Origin: Podarcis gaigeae
Lineage: Eukaryota
Length of the DNA: 64,000 nt
Assembly: GCA_964106915.2 (NCBI GenBank)
Contig: OZ066918.1
Reading direction: 5' to 3' (one strand)
Part shown: positions 12,532 through 25,899 of the stretch, piece by piece
Numbering within the stretch: the first letter of the stretch is position 1
Layout of the letters: every line of letters starts with the position of its first letter
The notes under the pieces: generated by a model
Seen by the model: only the letters and a program-made list of their open reading frames with translations
Database searches by the model: none
What the model was told of the DNA's origin: nothing
Position numbers and translations under genes: made by a program

Positions 12532-13044
12532 AAGTTCACTATGGGTTTCCCAATGCACATCTTGGGGGTCTGAATATGTAAGAAAAGCATTGGGGCTTGG
12601 ATGCTCAGACAGAGTAAAAGGATTGGAAGTGGGGTCATGGTAAATAAGAGAGAGAAACTATTTATAGTCCAAATCTTGTTGTCAACAACCAGCCAGAGAC
12701 TCAGCAGAACTACAGGTGCAACTAACTAAAATGCAGATGGATCCAAATAAATGTGCCCTTGATTCCTTGTTCTGGCAAAGGGGTGGGGGGGTGAGTGGGT
12801 GTGCGCGCACACACAGTTCAAGGATAGACAATACATGGAGTATTTATTTTCTGCTGCTCTTCTAGATACTAGGCATTTTTCTTTTTTTCTTAATTTCTTG
12901 ACTTTTCTTCTTATATTTATCTTGGATTTGTAGCTCTGCAAAATTCACTTATCTGTGGATTCAAGCAATAGTCAACTCAAATGTTGTTTTTAAGAAGTTA
13001 CAAGGTACATTCTTTCCACACCTGTACAACTTCAGAGATGTAGG

Positions 13045-13520
13045 GCAGATACCCATGCCTGAACTGCCATTTTCAGGAAGGGAGTCTGAGGAATCAAGGC
13101 AAACAGTAGTGACAAGTTCTAGACATTACTGACAACTGAAAAGAACCAAGTCACTAGGCCCAGATGGTATCCTTCCAAGAATTCTTAAACAACTCAAATG
13201 TAGAATTGCTCATCTTCTCACAAAAATATATAAAATGTTCCTAAGGTCAGCCTCTGTACAAAGCGACTGTAAGGTGCTCAAAGTTATGTCAGTGTTTAAA
13301 AATGGATCCAGAAAATGGCAGGCTAGTTAGCTTAACATATATTCCAGATAAATTGTTGGAAAGCATAAAATTATCAAGCACAAAGAAGGACAAATCCTAC
13401 CAAAAACAAAACAAGGCTTCTACAAAGGAAAGTCCTGTCTCATTAACCTTTTTTTGAGTGTCAATAAGCAAGTGCATAGGGGTAATCCAGTAGACACTAT
13501 TACTTACCTTCACAAAGTCT
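13045..13520 (+). mobile_element. CR1 LINE ORF2 (reverse transcriptase N-terminal region) fragment, decayed
   Basis: Translates piecewise to KSLGPDGILPRILKQL...RLVSLTYIPDKLLESI...QGFYKGKSCLINL, with frameshifts. Confidence 0.85.
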
Positions 13521-14640
13521 TAAGTGGCAACTGAGATTTAGTGCAAGATATAAATGTTGAAACAACTAGAAATACTGACTACATTACTATCAGAGTCAAC
13601 CGAAATAGAAAGCTCTAATTCACACCTTGTATCAAAAGCTTTGGGGAACAATTTTTTTTAAGTCTTTCTTAAAAAATGTGAGAGATGCCCAATCTGTATA
13701 GGAACTGCACTGTGAAATACCTTTGTGTCTTATTATAAAATAACTCCATCAAATACAATCTCTGCTAACAGTTACAGAGAGCAAACATAATAAACATTCC
13801 TCAGCCTCTCTGTTCCCAAGTTGTCTACTTAAAAGGCAGCCTGCTCCCACTTGATCTTGCCCATCTGTTGAGGTCTTCAAGAAAGGCCTCGCTCAGCTTC
13901 CTACAGGTGTGAGATGTGCAGCTGGAAAGAATACAGGATAAGGCCCTCTTGGCTACAGCACACAAACATGGTAGGACCATCTGGCCCCTTCCTTATTTGA
14001 CCTTCTGACATTTAGAGAAGAGTGTCTCACTTCAACAGGCCTTCAGTATTTATTTGCTCTCCCTCCTTGCATTGGTGTTGATTATTTTCCTGCTGCTCTT
14101 GCTCTCTCTCACTCTCTGTTTGAAATAACATTGTTTATTCTATTTTTTTTGGTATGCAAATTTGAGGACATCTGGGTGGAAAATAAAACGGAAGTATTTA
14201 GCACCCTGTGGCTCCTAATACTGCTAACTGGTAGTGAAGTAAGGGCTGCCCTCTGCCTACATTTTGTAGAGCTGCTTCCTCTGTTTTCTAAAGCACAACA
14301 TGATATTTAAAGAGGAAACAGCAATAGGATTTTAAAGCAGCAGCCAAAAAACTAAAAGCAAAACATGCTGTGTAAGAATTAATAATAATTAAAGAAAAGA
14401 AAAAGCCAGTGTAATTAGCACACAAAGCATGGAATGGTCTAACTAATCATGCCATGAAGAAATTGGATAAAAAAGTATGCACTTTTATGGAGCAATTTAG
14501 CCTGGCAAGCAATTAATCCTGGAAGTACTATGTTAAATGAATAGGTTTCCCTTTAAGGAGATTGCATTTATCACCAGTAATGTATTCCAAGCAATTTGTC
14601 AGATGATCACACACTTTACATTTGAGGTGGTTATCTAGTC

Positions 14641-14776
14641 CAGTGTTTCCCAACCTTGTGCCTCCAGCTGTTTTTGGACTACAGTTCCCATCATCCCTTG
14701 CCACTGGTCTTGCAGGTCAGGGATGATGGGAGTTGTAGTTCAAAAACAGCTGGAGGCACAAGGTTGGGAAACACTG
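14641..14776. mobile_element. Palindromic hAT (Charlie-like) MITE, 136 bp
   Basis: Perfect 8-bp TSD ATCTAGTC (14633-40, 14777-84); TIR CAGTGTTTCCCAACCTTGTGCCTCCAGCTGTTTTTG; nearly the whole element is self-complementary. Confidence 0.92.
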
Positions 14777-15659
14777 ATCTAGTCCACACAGAAGAGTGAT
14801 TTCTGACCGCCAGGAAAGAATGAGTGTGGTCTATATACTAAAGCAATGATAAACACCAAGGAATAAGAGTACGGTATTAGAGCCTTCCAACCAATACAGC
14901 AATCTTTCATGCAGTCTAATGCAGAAAAGGAAGAAAGCCAGGAACTCAGCATTAGCTTTCCATGAACTAATTTATTTTGCACAGGGTCTCATACATAGAA
15001 AGATAGAGGAGACCACAAAGGAATTCTCCCAACCAAAACTACTTTATTGAATTCTAGTAGGATGCATGTCACAAATCAATTCTTTACCAACCCATTTTTC
15101 AGTTCATAATTGTTCGGTATAGTCTGAAGGCACACAAGAGCACCACCTTATTGAAACAGAATACATCAGTATGCCACCTTGGATTTCACAATTGAAGAAA
15201 GGTAGGATACAAATGTAAGAAATAAATGTTGGTTTTTTTCTATTCATTCATTCATTCGATTTATATATCACCCTTCATCATAAGACCTCAGGACAGTTTT
15301 CTAGATGAGAGTAGGAAGATATTTGGCACTGGGTGGAATACAGAAGATGATTGGCCACTTAGGATGGTTAACTAAACATTCATTTTCTCAAGTTCACTTT
15401 ACAGCTGATTTGTCTTGTCTCCTCATATTCCTACCATACAATTGCAAGAATTTTTCCTTGTGGCAAAGATTTTATTTTCTACATAACTCTCCCCACCCTT
15501 CTTTAAAGCTTTAGTGGCTGTATTAGGGTGCTTAACTCAACTGTATGAATAGTTGCAGAAGCGGAGGGAAGAACTACAGGAAAATGAAATTAAAGGTTTA
15601 CTCCAATGAAGCTCAAACCCCACAAAGCTGCTGCCTTTGGAAGTACCAAATATCCAGTT

Positions 15660-15880
15660 TCACTTATTTCTCTGGACACTGAAAAAGTGTTTGACAAAAT
15701 ATACTGGCAATTTATGTTTGTTACTTTGGAAAAACTTTGATTTCCTCAAAAATATACGAAGTGAATTAGAACATTATACCACTCTCCTAAATCGCATGTA
15801 AGGGCAAATGTTGGTTTTGTTCACAAGCAAGTAGAATTTAAATTAGCTTTTTATGTGGATGAATTACTATTATTTAATAA
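15660..15880 (+). mobile_element. L1/Tx1-clade LINE RT fragment, decayed
   Basis: LISLDTEKVFDKIYWQFMF (cf. SLDAEKAFD) and KLAFYVDELL (cf. LYADD). Confidence 0.75.
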
Positions 15881-16196
15881 CTTTGGTAGTGTCTCAAGAT
15901 ATATGATTAACTGTTTAAGTCTAAATTAATGCCAGTGGGTAATTGTAAATCACATACTTTGTATACTAATGGGCAATTTTGCAGGTGCCCAGATGTCATA
16001 ACATATCCTGACATTTTTTGTTCTGATCTCCCAAATGATTAAAATGAATTTAAATAGGCTGATAATGGCTATACCTAAGAATTTGGGAAGATGAACATCA
16101 TTCAAATTTAATATTAAAAATATACCAAAATTACCAATCTTTGTGAGGTTTTCCCCCTCTTCTGTTCAATTTGACACTATATTATTATTATTATAT

Positions 16197-16441
16197 TGAC
16201 ATCTTTCCGCAGGGCCTGCAAGACAGAGCTGTTCCACCAGGCCTTTGGCCAGGGCACAGCCTGACTCCCTCCCTCGGCAATCTTCACGGAGCTCTGGCAC
16301 AATGGTTGCCAGTGGCTTGATTTGAATCAATTTTATAATGAATGATTTTAGAGTGTTGTTTGTGCTATACTTCTGTACTGTTTATTGTTGTTAGCCACCC
16401 TGAGCCCGGCTTCGGCTGGGGAGGGCGGGATATAAATAAAA

Positions 16442-16490
<49 letters not shown>
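16197..16490 (+). mobile_element. L2-like LINE 3' end with (ATT)n tail
   Basis: gttagccaccctgagcccggcttcggctggggagggcgggatataaataaa followed by (att)n. Confidence 0.75.
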
Positions 16491-17349
16491 TTAAAATACT
16501 GCCTATCATTACTTCCTCTGACTGCAAGAGATGCAGGTCAATGAGTGTTGTAGGTAAGCAGATACTTTAAGAACTGGTAAGTTTTGGAATGTAACCAAAA
16601 TTTGCAGAATCGAAGGTAGCCTGGGTGGATGTGGGGTATCAGTGAGCTCCTGCTGTAAACACCCATTTGCCACTTTCGAGAACACTTGCTCTAGAAGTGT
16701 TCTTGCTGACCAAATCCACCAAGCTTCCAATTAAAATCTCTTGTTCTTCAGCAGGATTTTATGTTATTCTCCAATATGTTATGTTGCCTTGTCCTCTCTC
16801 TTTTGTTATACAGCTAATCAACTTAAGGCGAACCACACAGTAAAAGGTGACAGGGCAATTAGTCATCTGCACAGCAAATCCAATCCTAGCAGCAACGCCA
16901 GTTCTGTCTTGCCATACACAGTGCAACACTGCAATACATCTTGCTATAATGGATTAATCCGAACGAAGCTCACTGAATTCATCAGAGAGGAGCCAGATGT
17001 GAAGACATGCAGCTTCCGCCACCTCTTCCCTGCCCTGCTGTCACTCTGAATCAATTCAAATGACAGATTCCTGCAGTCCACCAAGCTATGCCACTGACCA
17101 AAGAATAATGAGGAGATCAAACTAGGAACATTCAGCTACAAGCAGCTTCCGTCCAAAATAATATCCTGGGTGCTCAAGTCAGAGCAAAGAAGATAAAAGC
17201 TGTGCAGCCAGAAACTAGTATTGAATTAATAGATCCTTTGTTCAACAATCAAGCAGTGGAAATGGACTCATGCTTAAGAAGAGGTCCATCTATTATGTCC
17301 ACATGTAAAATTACAGAACCCAACTAGACCACATTAGAATCCACATTAG

Positions 17350-17756
17350 ACCACATGTGTGCTCAAGACCTCAATATCTTAGGGACTGCCTCTCCCCATA
17401 CAAACCCTGCACTTGTCATCTGGGACCCTTCTCTGTGTCTCTCTTCCCTGAGGGGTTCAGAGGGTGGCAACATGAGAACAGGCCTTTTCTGTTGTGGCTC
17501 TCCATTTGCAGAATGCTCTCCCCAGAGAGGCTTGCCTAGTGCCTAAAGACATGTAATTATGGAACCAGGCAAAAATGGCCTTTCGCCATTAAACGATCTA
17601 TGGCCTTTTAAATTGGGGGGTGGGGTTATTATAATTTTTCTAATATTGTTTTATTGTCTTTTATTATTATACTATGTAAATTAAGTTTTTAATGTTGTAT
17701 ATAACCCTGTGATCTTTAGATAAAGGGCAGTATAGAAATTGAAACAACAACAACAG
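17350..17756 (+). mobile_element. Old L2-like LINE 3' fragment
   Basis: caggccttttctgttgtggctctcc...gaatgctctcccc (RAFSVVAP.LWN.LP-like) and a 3' tail. Confidence 0.6.
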
Positions 17757-19682
17757 AATCCCAGTTTACAACATGTAAGACACAGGAGTGGAATTTACAT
17801 GGACATGCATATTTTATTTTTTTTTAATGGAGGAGAAAAGTCCCAGGAGCCAAAAACAGATCTACCTCCCATGCTAAGACATTAATTTCCTTGGAGGTCA
17901 ATTCACACTAACTGAATTTTAATACAACTTTAACTGGTATTCCAATGCTTGAGCCACATGCAGCAAAGTCATGGTTTGATTGATCATTTGAACCCTGCCC
18001 AGGAGCTTAACTATTTTTTTGTTTGCTGACAATAAATCACTATCTGAAACCATGGTTTGTTGTCAGCTTACAAATCATAGTTTGTTTTAACTACAGTTTA
18101 GTGTTACATGAATTCATCACCTTTTCTAACCACAGTTTGATCACCAAAACCAGGATCATCAAGTTACAAAGATAAAGAGCAAGAGCAGATGGAAACCAGT
18201 CCAAGCTTTAGAAAAACAATACATGGTGTGTTTGAGCATTTATGGGACAACTTGCAGTTAACTTATGATTTGGGCTTAGTGCTGTATGTGAACTGTGCTT
18301 GGTCTTTCAGTCATGGATGAATCTTTCATAGGAGGAAATGCAGAATTACTGTTGCTAGTCAACAGGGAGCTCCCTGTCAGATTGTCAGGCACAGCATTAA
18401 TCATACTCAGGCTAATTTTCTCTCATAAATGACTACGCTTCAAAGCTGGAGCTCATCCACAAGACCCAACATGCTGACAAGCTCATCGATAAGAGGCAGA
18501 ATGAGGCAACTGCTCCAGTTTTTCTTCTGAGCTTAGCTTTTTATTCAGTGAACTTTTAAAAATAACTACAAAAAGCTATTTGCAAATAGCCCGCTTTCAA
18601 AAATTAATATTTCACAGAGTAATGTTTTCACACATGGCTATAACAATCATAGAATTGGAAGGGACCTCAAGGGTTATCAATGAAGCAAATGAAAATAAAT
18701 AAAAAATGAAGGTGGGAGAGAAAAATCACTAGCATAAAAGAGGGACCTTTCATCTGTTCATGATTTTCTCAGTAAACCACTCCCTCTTACATTCCCGATA
18801 AATCCAAATCAGAAATCATCACCTTGGGCTGGTCAGAAGTCTAACAGACCCCAGGAATTTATCATCTTGTCATCGCCCTGAACACTCATAGATTGCAAAA
18901 CCACTTTAGGGTTGCAAAACCACCTTTTTAAAGGGATATGAATGTGAATTGTACAGCAGCACCTCCCAAATTCCCTTCAGATAGTCTTACCAGTTTCTCA
19001 AAGTGGCAGAAAATATGCCACTAATTTCAATCAAAACCCCAGAAACTTAAAGCATTTGTAAACTGGCATCTCTTTATGGTGGCATGAATTAGCTTTCAAT
19101 GTGCAATCCCTAATTTTGAGGTACAGCAGCCAGGTGCAAGAACACAATATTGCACAGAACACAATGTGCAGAGGGAAAGTGAGGTCTCACTGTTCTTACT
19201 TGGACAAGGAGAGATCCAAACAAAAAAGGATCAAATGTTTCAAATCTGATTTCAGCTCAGGGTTAAATTTAGTAAGTTACCCCATTCTGGCCTTCTGGTT
19301 CACACACATCCTAAATGGCTGCAGCTGACTGTTTCTGACAGTGCAGAAGCTACAAGAGGAGACACATGCTATGAAAGCATGACTTTCTCCTGCCAGCAAT
19401 TATCTCTGGGCAAACTGAAAGGCAACAAAAGTATTTCAAATGCTAAACAATTAGAACAATCATGACTAGCATATGGTAGGCACGCTGCCCTGAAAAACTG
19501 AAAGAGCACACCTGCATCAGACTGACTCGACTCAGATGACTATGAAAAGTTAATGCAGAAAGTTCATAATCCAAAGTGGGGGTGGGGGAGATCAACTAAG
19601 GCACAAAATCACAAGCAAGCTCTTAAATAATTAATTAAGGGAGAATGTGTATAAATAAAAGCTACTTTTGCTTTGCATTTTA

Positions 19683-20050
19683 AAAAGGCAGAGGATCACT
19701 GGATGGTTAAGTCCAGTCAAAGGCGACTATGGGGTGTGGCGCTCATCTCGCTTCAGGTAGAGGGAGCCGGTGTTTGTCCACAGACAGCTTTCTGGGTCAT
19801 GTGGCCTGCATGACTAAACTGCTCCTGGTGCGACCATGATGGAAACCAGAGCACACAGAAATGCTGTTTACCTTCCCACTGCAGTGGTATCTATTTATCT
19901 ACTTGCACTGGTACTCATTCAAACTGCTAGGTTGGCAGAAGCTTGGACAGAGCAACAGACGCTCACCTCATTGCACGAATTCAATCTGCCGACCTACTGA
20001 TCGGCAAGCCCAAGAGTCTCAGTGGTTTACACCACAGTGCCACCACTTCT
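19683..20050 (-). mobile_element. Sauria SINE, older diverged copy
   Basis: Reverse complement of the SINE core: ctatttatctacttgcac, aactgctaggttggc, ctgatcggcaagccc. Confidence 0.85.
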
Positions 20051-23000
20051 CTTACCTTTTACCTCTGTTTTGCATACGCATTAATAACAACCTGTTTCTT
20101 TGAAAGCCTTGGAGACTCCACAAAGGTTAACATGCAAAACACATCATGTGTATTCTATCGCCTACACATCTCAGTGCCCACGCGCACACATGCACGCGCG
20201 CACACACACACACGTATTGGATTAATTTACCCAGTAGGAAACCCTTCAGGTACAGGCAGTACATTTCCCCTTATTCCGAGCCTAAGCAATATCATTAGTC
20301 CTTGTTTACTGCCTTTACTGTCCCTTAGAGTCCACAGCACCAACTTTATTTCCTCCAAGCATAGCAGGATTTCTAATTTCACCTAATAAATATCCTCCTT
20401 ACAGTTCAATAAACCTGATATTAGGAGGTCTGGATGTAGGCTGATATTGCCTTAGCTCTGTGAAGACAGCAGGTACTCTCTAGCATCTCCCAAAACAACC
20501 AAGGAAACCTCTTAACTAATGAGGAAGAAAATAATGACTGTAATTAATACACAAAATGGTGGCACTGGTCTAATTAATCATTAATCAACAGCGAGAAAAA
20601 CACCTTTTTTGAGCTTTCAGAATCTCTTAGGAAAAATGTCCAACAGGGGTGTCACTGCGGCTCAGACTCCTTCTGATGGATCACAGACAATATAAGTCTT
20701 ATGACAAAAAAGCCTTCATTTTCATACAGAATTTCAGCTTGTTGAAGAAACATCAGTCCCTGGTACAAAAAATATATCAGAGCACAAAGGACACATTACT
20801 GAAAGCAACACATACCTTGCCCTTTTGGACTTCTATATGACGCCTGTTTCCATGCGCAGCAGCAGCTTTAACATCTAACAGGCCTCTTTTGTTCCAATTA
20901 GCATTGCTAAGGGTAACACACCATGACTTAACACATGCCCACCCCACTACTGGCAAAGAGAACTTCTGTTTGCAGAAGACAGTAGGCCAAGCAGAACTGC
21001 AAGGCAGTGGGTGGCCCTTTGAACCCAGAGTGTGTTCTCCAGTCTCCACAGGTACAGGCTTTAGGGAAAACATTGCTTTCTATTCTTGAGTACCTCATAA
21101 GGTGGCATTAACTCCCAGGGGACAGGAACTAGCTCAGCCAAACTTTTCTATCCCCATAGGCTGGCATTTGCAGACAGACAGGTACTTGGCTTATGAGGCA
21201 CCTTTAACAACTGAAAAGAAAACATTCATTTCGTGACTCATTTAATTTGCATTCCCTTTCCTTGCAGCCAGTGTTTTGGTGACAAATTATTCCCTGTTGT
21301 GCCGACTGGCATTCCTTGAATGATCGGCACCCAAGCCTACACATCTAACTAGAAAGCCTTCTTCTCTTTGCACTCTGCAATGTCCTCTTGAGTACATGGG
21401 ACTGTAATCTTTGCTTTTATCTCTGGCCCATTTCCTTCCTCTAATCTTCTTGTTCATCTCAGGGACTGGAGCTCTGCCAGTCACTATAATCACTGTTTTC
21501 TGTTGGCAATCAAGGTAGGCACTTTGTTACCTTAATGAGCAGATGTACTTAATGAGCTGATTCAGTCCTAAAGGGGGGGGGGTCAAAACTGCAAATCTGT
21601 TTCTTCAGCAAAATCAGCCCACACCCCAATTTTATCACCTATTAATTAAAACATTATTGGATACCGGAGTGTCTGTTATTCAATAAACACAAGTCTCAGG
21701 GTACCAGGAGTAAAACAATTGTGTTTGCTGTTCCTTTCCATTTAAGCAACAAAAGGAAGAAACTGCTTGGTTCTTACTGGCGCACAGGGAGGGGGTTGCA
21801 ATTAAAACCTCTCTATGAAAGTCAATCTTTGAATCAAGACGTTCAAAGCCAGCTGGAAAGCGAAAATGTATTTATTCAGGCTTACATATAACCCAGGCAG
21901 ACAGCAACAGGAATATGATAAGATCGTGTTCAGCTGCTTTCCATAGGAGCTGGTGGTACGTGGGTATTGTGGAGATCAAACGAGCTTTTGCCTCCGTACT
22001 TCCTGGCCTCGTGCTGAAACCACACAGTAAGAACATGGGGCGGGAGAACTCCCTAAACATGGAAAGTTTCCATATTGAGTCAGGAGACTCGGTTGTGCTG
22101 GAATAAGATTAAGAAGCAGTTCCAGTCATGTTTAGCAATGTATACATTTCTGGAAACCACTCTAAAATGGCTAATCCCCATGAAATAAGTTGCAGAGTAC
22201 TAAGGAAGAAGTGGGTTTCCTCTTTACTTTCTCATTTCTTCCAGCATTCTTATCTACCTAGATAGAACAGAGAGACTTCCAAAGACTGCAGGACGGACTG
22301 TGCACCCTTATTTGGGAGTAAGCCCAGTGAATTTAGTAAACCTGCATAGGATCAGGCTGCCATTTGTCTTCTGCCATTATCCTTCAACTATGCCATACTC
22401 ATACCATCTTAGAAGAAACCAGGTGAGAGAGAGAAGCAGGGGATAGTATATTACCCTGGTAAGGCGGCTTTTGGAAAACTGCCTTGCCTTGTCAAAAGGA
22501 AAAGCCACTACCTCATGATTCCCCTCCTCTTGTAATGGGTATCAGCCTCCACTTACATCTCAACCAACAAGAGGCTCTGGGAAATTTGGCAGATGATTTA
22601 TCTGATTATGAGCAGAAAAATCATAGAATGATTACATTTGTTAATGGCATTCAAAGTGGAGTGCCTCATGACACACACAGCAAAAGCTAGTGTAAAACAG
22701 GCCAAACACCCGACTGCAGTTGTTATTTTTCCAGGGAGACATGTGGAAAGAAGCCAACCAGCAGAAAGGGAAGCTATCATCCAAAGTATTTGGTAATCTG
22801 ATAGACAGCAGAACCATCTGCACTGGTTGTTGCCACTTGTTCAAATAATGGTACTCAAAAAAATTTTCCAATGGCAATAATTTTGGGTAATGAATAATTA
22901 TAGCTTTGACCATGCTAATTAGTAACAACAAGCAAAAAAATGACCAGTATTTGATGTAGGTCTAGGAATCTCCAGTTAAAACCTCAGACTAATGATGTAC

Positions 23001-25487
23001 TAAATAAATCTCTAATTGCAATCCCTGTTTCTATATGCCCCGAACATTTGGACTTTTACATTTCCAGAGATCCTTCATCAATACATTCAGATTGATCCTA
23101 TTTCCTCTGAGACTTCTACTCCAAGAGGTTCTTCTTAATTTACAAACGTTTATCTGAGCCATAGGCAGCATATAAACCTGCTGAGCACAGCATGACAGGA
23201 GTGATATCACTGAATGGAGGGAGGAGAGAGACATGGAATCATGGGGATCCTTGGGGATGAATTTGACTGACTTTGAACTCCATTAAGAACAGTCCTGGGG
23301 GAAATACCACAGTTCTTCAACAGGGAAAACAGACCGATTTCTAGCAGACACGGAAAGACTCCCAAGACAAGATCTCAATTCTGAGATATAGGTTTAGTCT
23401 GAGATGCATTTAAACATTTAATTAGATATGTAAATATAAGTTAAAAACAAGAGCGTACCAATGGAATTTGAGTCTCTTTGAACAGTACATCCCAAATGCA
23501 CATCACAAAGCAATTTTCAAAGTCCTTTTGGTCGCAGAGCAAGTTTGCCAAAAAGCCTGTTCTTCAGCAATTACAAGTTCAAAGCTGTACGTTCTTTTGG
23601 ATTCAGGCATATGCTTGTTTTCTTTGTGGAAAATATTGCTTCATTCTCACATCATCCCCACTTCCCTATTACCCATTCCAACACATTACATCATATTCCC
23701 ACAAACACATTTTAAATGGCCCAAGCCATTCAGATGTTCAGAAGTTGTGGATCAGGCAACTAACAGCAAACCTGAATTTCAAAGGTGTTCTTCAAGCACT
23801 GACCCACTGGGGGGAGGGGGTCAATCCGTCCTTCAATTATTAACCACGAAACCTTTCCCTTTTCTTTCTTCCTGTGAGTCAATGGCCCTTAGTAGAAAAA
23901 AGGTTCCTCATCTCTAGATTAGAGACAATCTCACATCCAAAAGAGGCGAAGCCATGATAATTTTAGAATTCAGAGGGATATATATCAAGCATAGTTACAG
24001 CAACTATCAAAACAGTAATGTTATGGACAAGGAAGGAAGGAAGAGAAATTCATTTGAATTAGATTTTAAAGTGAAATGACCTGATTTGTTGGTCATTAGT
24101 TGGTCAGTTATATGTGGATGAAATGCAGCTATCAATCAGATTATGCACTTCTCCAATTTTTCCAATACAGCTTTGGTTTCCAAAATATGATTCAAAATGC
24201 ATTTTTGCAGGAAAATTCAATGTGCAATGCAGGTGAAAATGTATAAAATGCATACAAGTTATACATGATCGTCTTGTGCATTTCTATTTAAACCGGGGGG
24301 GGGGCAGGATGGCCTATGACTGCACACATGTGAAGCTGACATGTTCTAGAAATATGCTGATTCACCCATCTTTATGTATAAACATGTTAAAACATGGCAG
24401 TTGGCGAAGAATCTGACTTATTAAGAATCTCAGTTTTGTATTTTTTACACTGTAAACCACCCTGTGATCCTTGGATGTAGGGTTGTATATAAATTTAATA
24501 AATAAAAGCAATAAAAAGCAATTCTTTTAGAAAAGCAAGTTTCTAGTCCTTAAGAATTGCAAAGATTAGTTTTAAATATATGAGCCATGGCTGGTGAAAT
24601 CAAAAGGAGGAATTGGTGAAAAAGATTCTAGTGGAAGTGGGTGAGGGTAAAGTTCAGCCTGCTGCACAACTCCCTGCTCCACCACACAACTGATAGTGGA
24701 ATGGTGCAAATGAAGGCAAATAACACAACTAGGCATGTTATACCGATCGCTGAATGAAGGTTTTATTAATACACAATGCAAATCTTACAAGTCCTAAATC
24801 TTGAGTTCAATTTCTCATTTATACAGCAGAAACTACCACCGCCTACCTTAGACCACCTACCTTAGAAGTATACAAACAAACAAGAAAAAGTACTGAGCAG
24901 GCTTTTGCATATGCAATGCACTATACAATTAATTAATTAATTAATAATAAAGCCACATAATGCAGGATTGGGTTTCTAGAAAGATTATCTCTTATGTAAA
25001 TACTAACTGTAAAATATGCTGAGAAGAAGAAAAAAACAGGGTTTTAGGTTGCTTCTGCTGAGAAGTTACACATGAAGCTGCACTGTTCTGAGAGATTAGC
25101 TGAAAGAACAGGTGGTAGCTCCACAGGTTTTGCATGGATACATCAAAGCATATTGCCTTCCGCTTTATTTCTTCAGCTACCCCGTTTAAAATCATTAGTC
25201 CAACTGGCTTGGAAAAAAGATTGCTCTTCCTTTGAAGCCCATCTGCTCTTGATGCTCAAGTCCCCAGCTAAAGGCAGAATTTTATTTCAGTCAAAAGGAG
25301 CTGAGTTGGGGGGAAATGGGGAACCATACACCCAAATTATCTCCTTCCTCCTTTCCTGCCATTTTGGAGCATAAATTCCTGCCTGCCCTTCAATACAATT
25401 CAATGTTATGTCTGCATCAACACTAACAGTGGTTAAGGACAGCTAGATTAACCTCATTTTTCTAGAAGGGGTTGATAGTGGGATGTA

Positions 25488-25729
25488 CAGTGGTACCTCG
25501 GGTTACATACGCTTCAGGTTACATATGCTTCAGGTTACAGACTCCGCTAACCCAGAAATATTACCTCGGATTAAGAACTTTGCTTCAGGATGAGAACAGA
25601 AATCGTGCTCCGGCGGCACAGCAGCAGCAGGAGGCCCCATTAGCTAAAGTGGTGCTTCAGGTTAAGAACAGTTTCAGGTTAAGTATGGACCTCTGGAACG
25701 AATTAAGTACTTAACCCGAGGTACCACTG
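25488..25729. mobile_element. Tigger/pogo-like MITE
   Basis: 18-bp perfect TIR CAGTGGTACCTCGGGTTA, TA TSD, internal repeated CTTCAGGTTA motifs. Confidence 0.9.
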
Positions 25730-25899
25730 TATATGTTAGACCAGTTAATAGGATCAGATAGAGAATTGTTGTCATTTTCAGTTTTGTGGTGCAGACACCA
25801 CTAACCCACTAGACCTGAAGGGCAATATTATCCAATTGCAGCACCTTTTAGAGTCGATTTATGGGCCATCAGCTTTGAGTGCCTCAAATAATTGGATCT

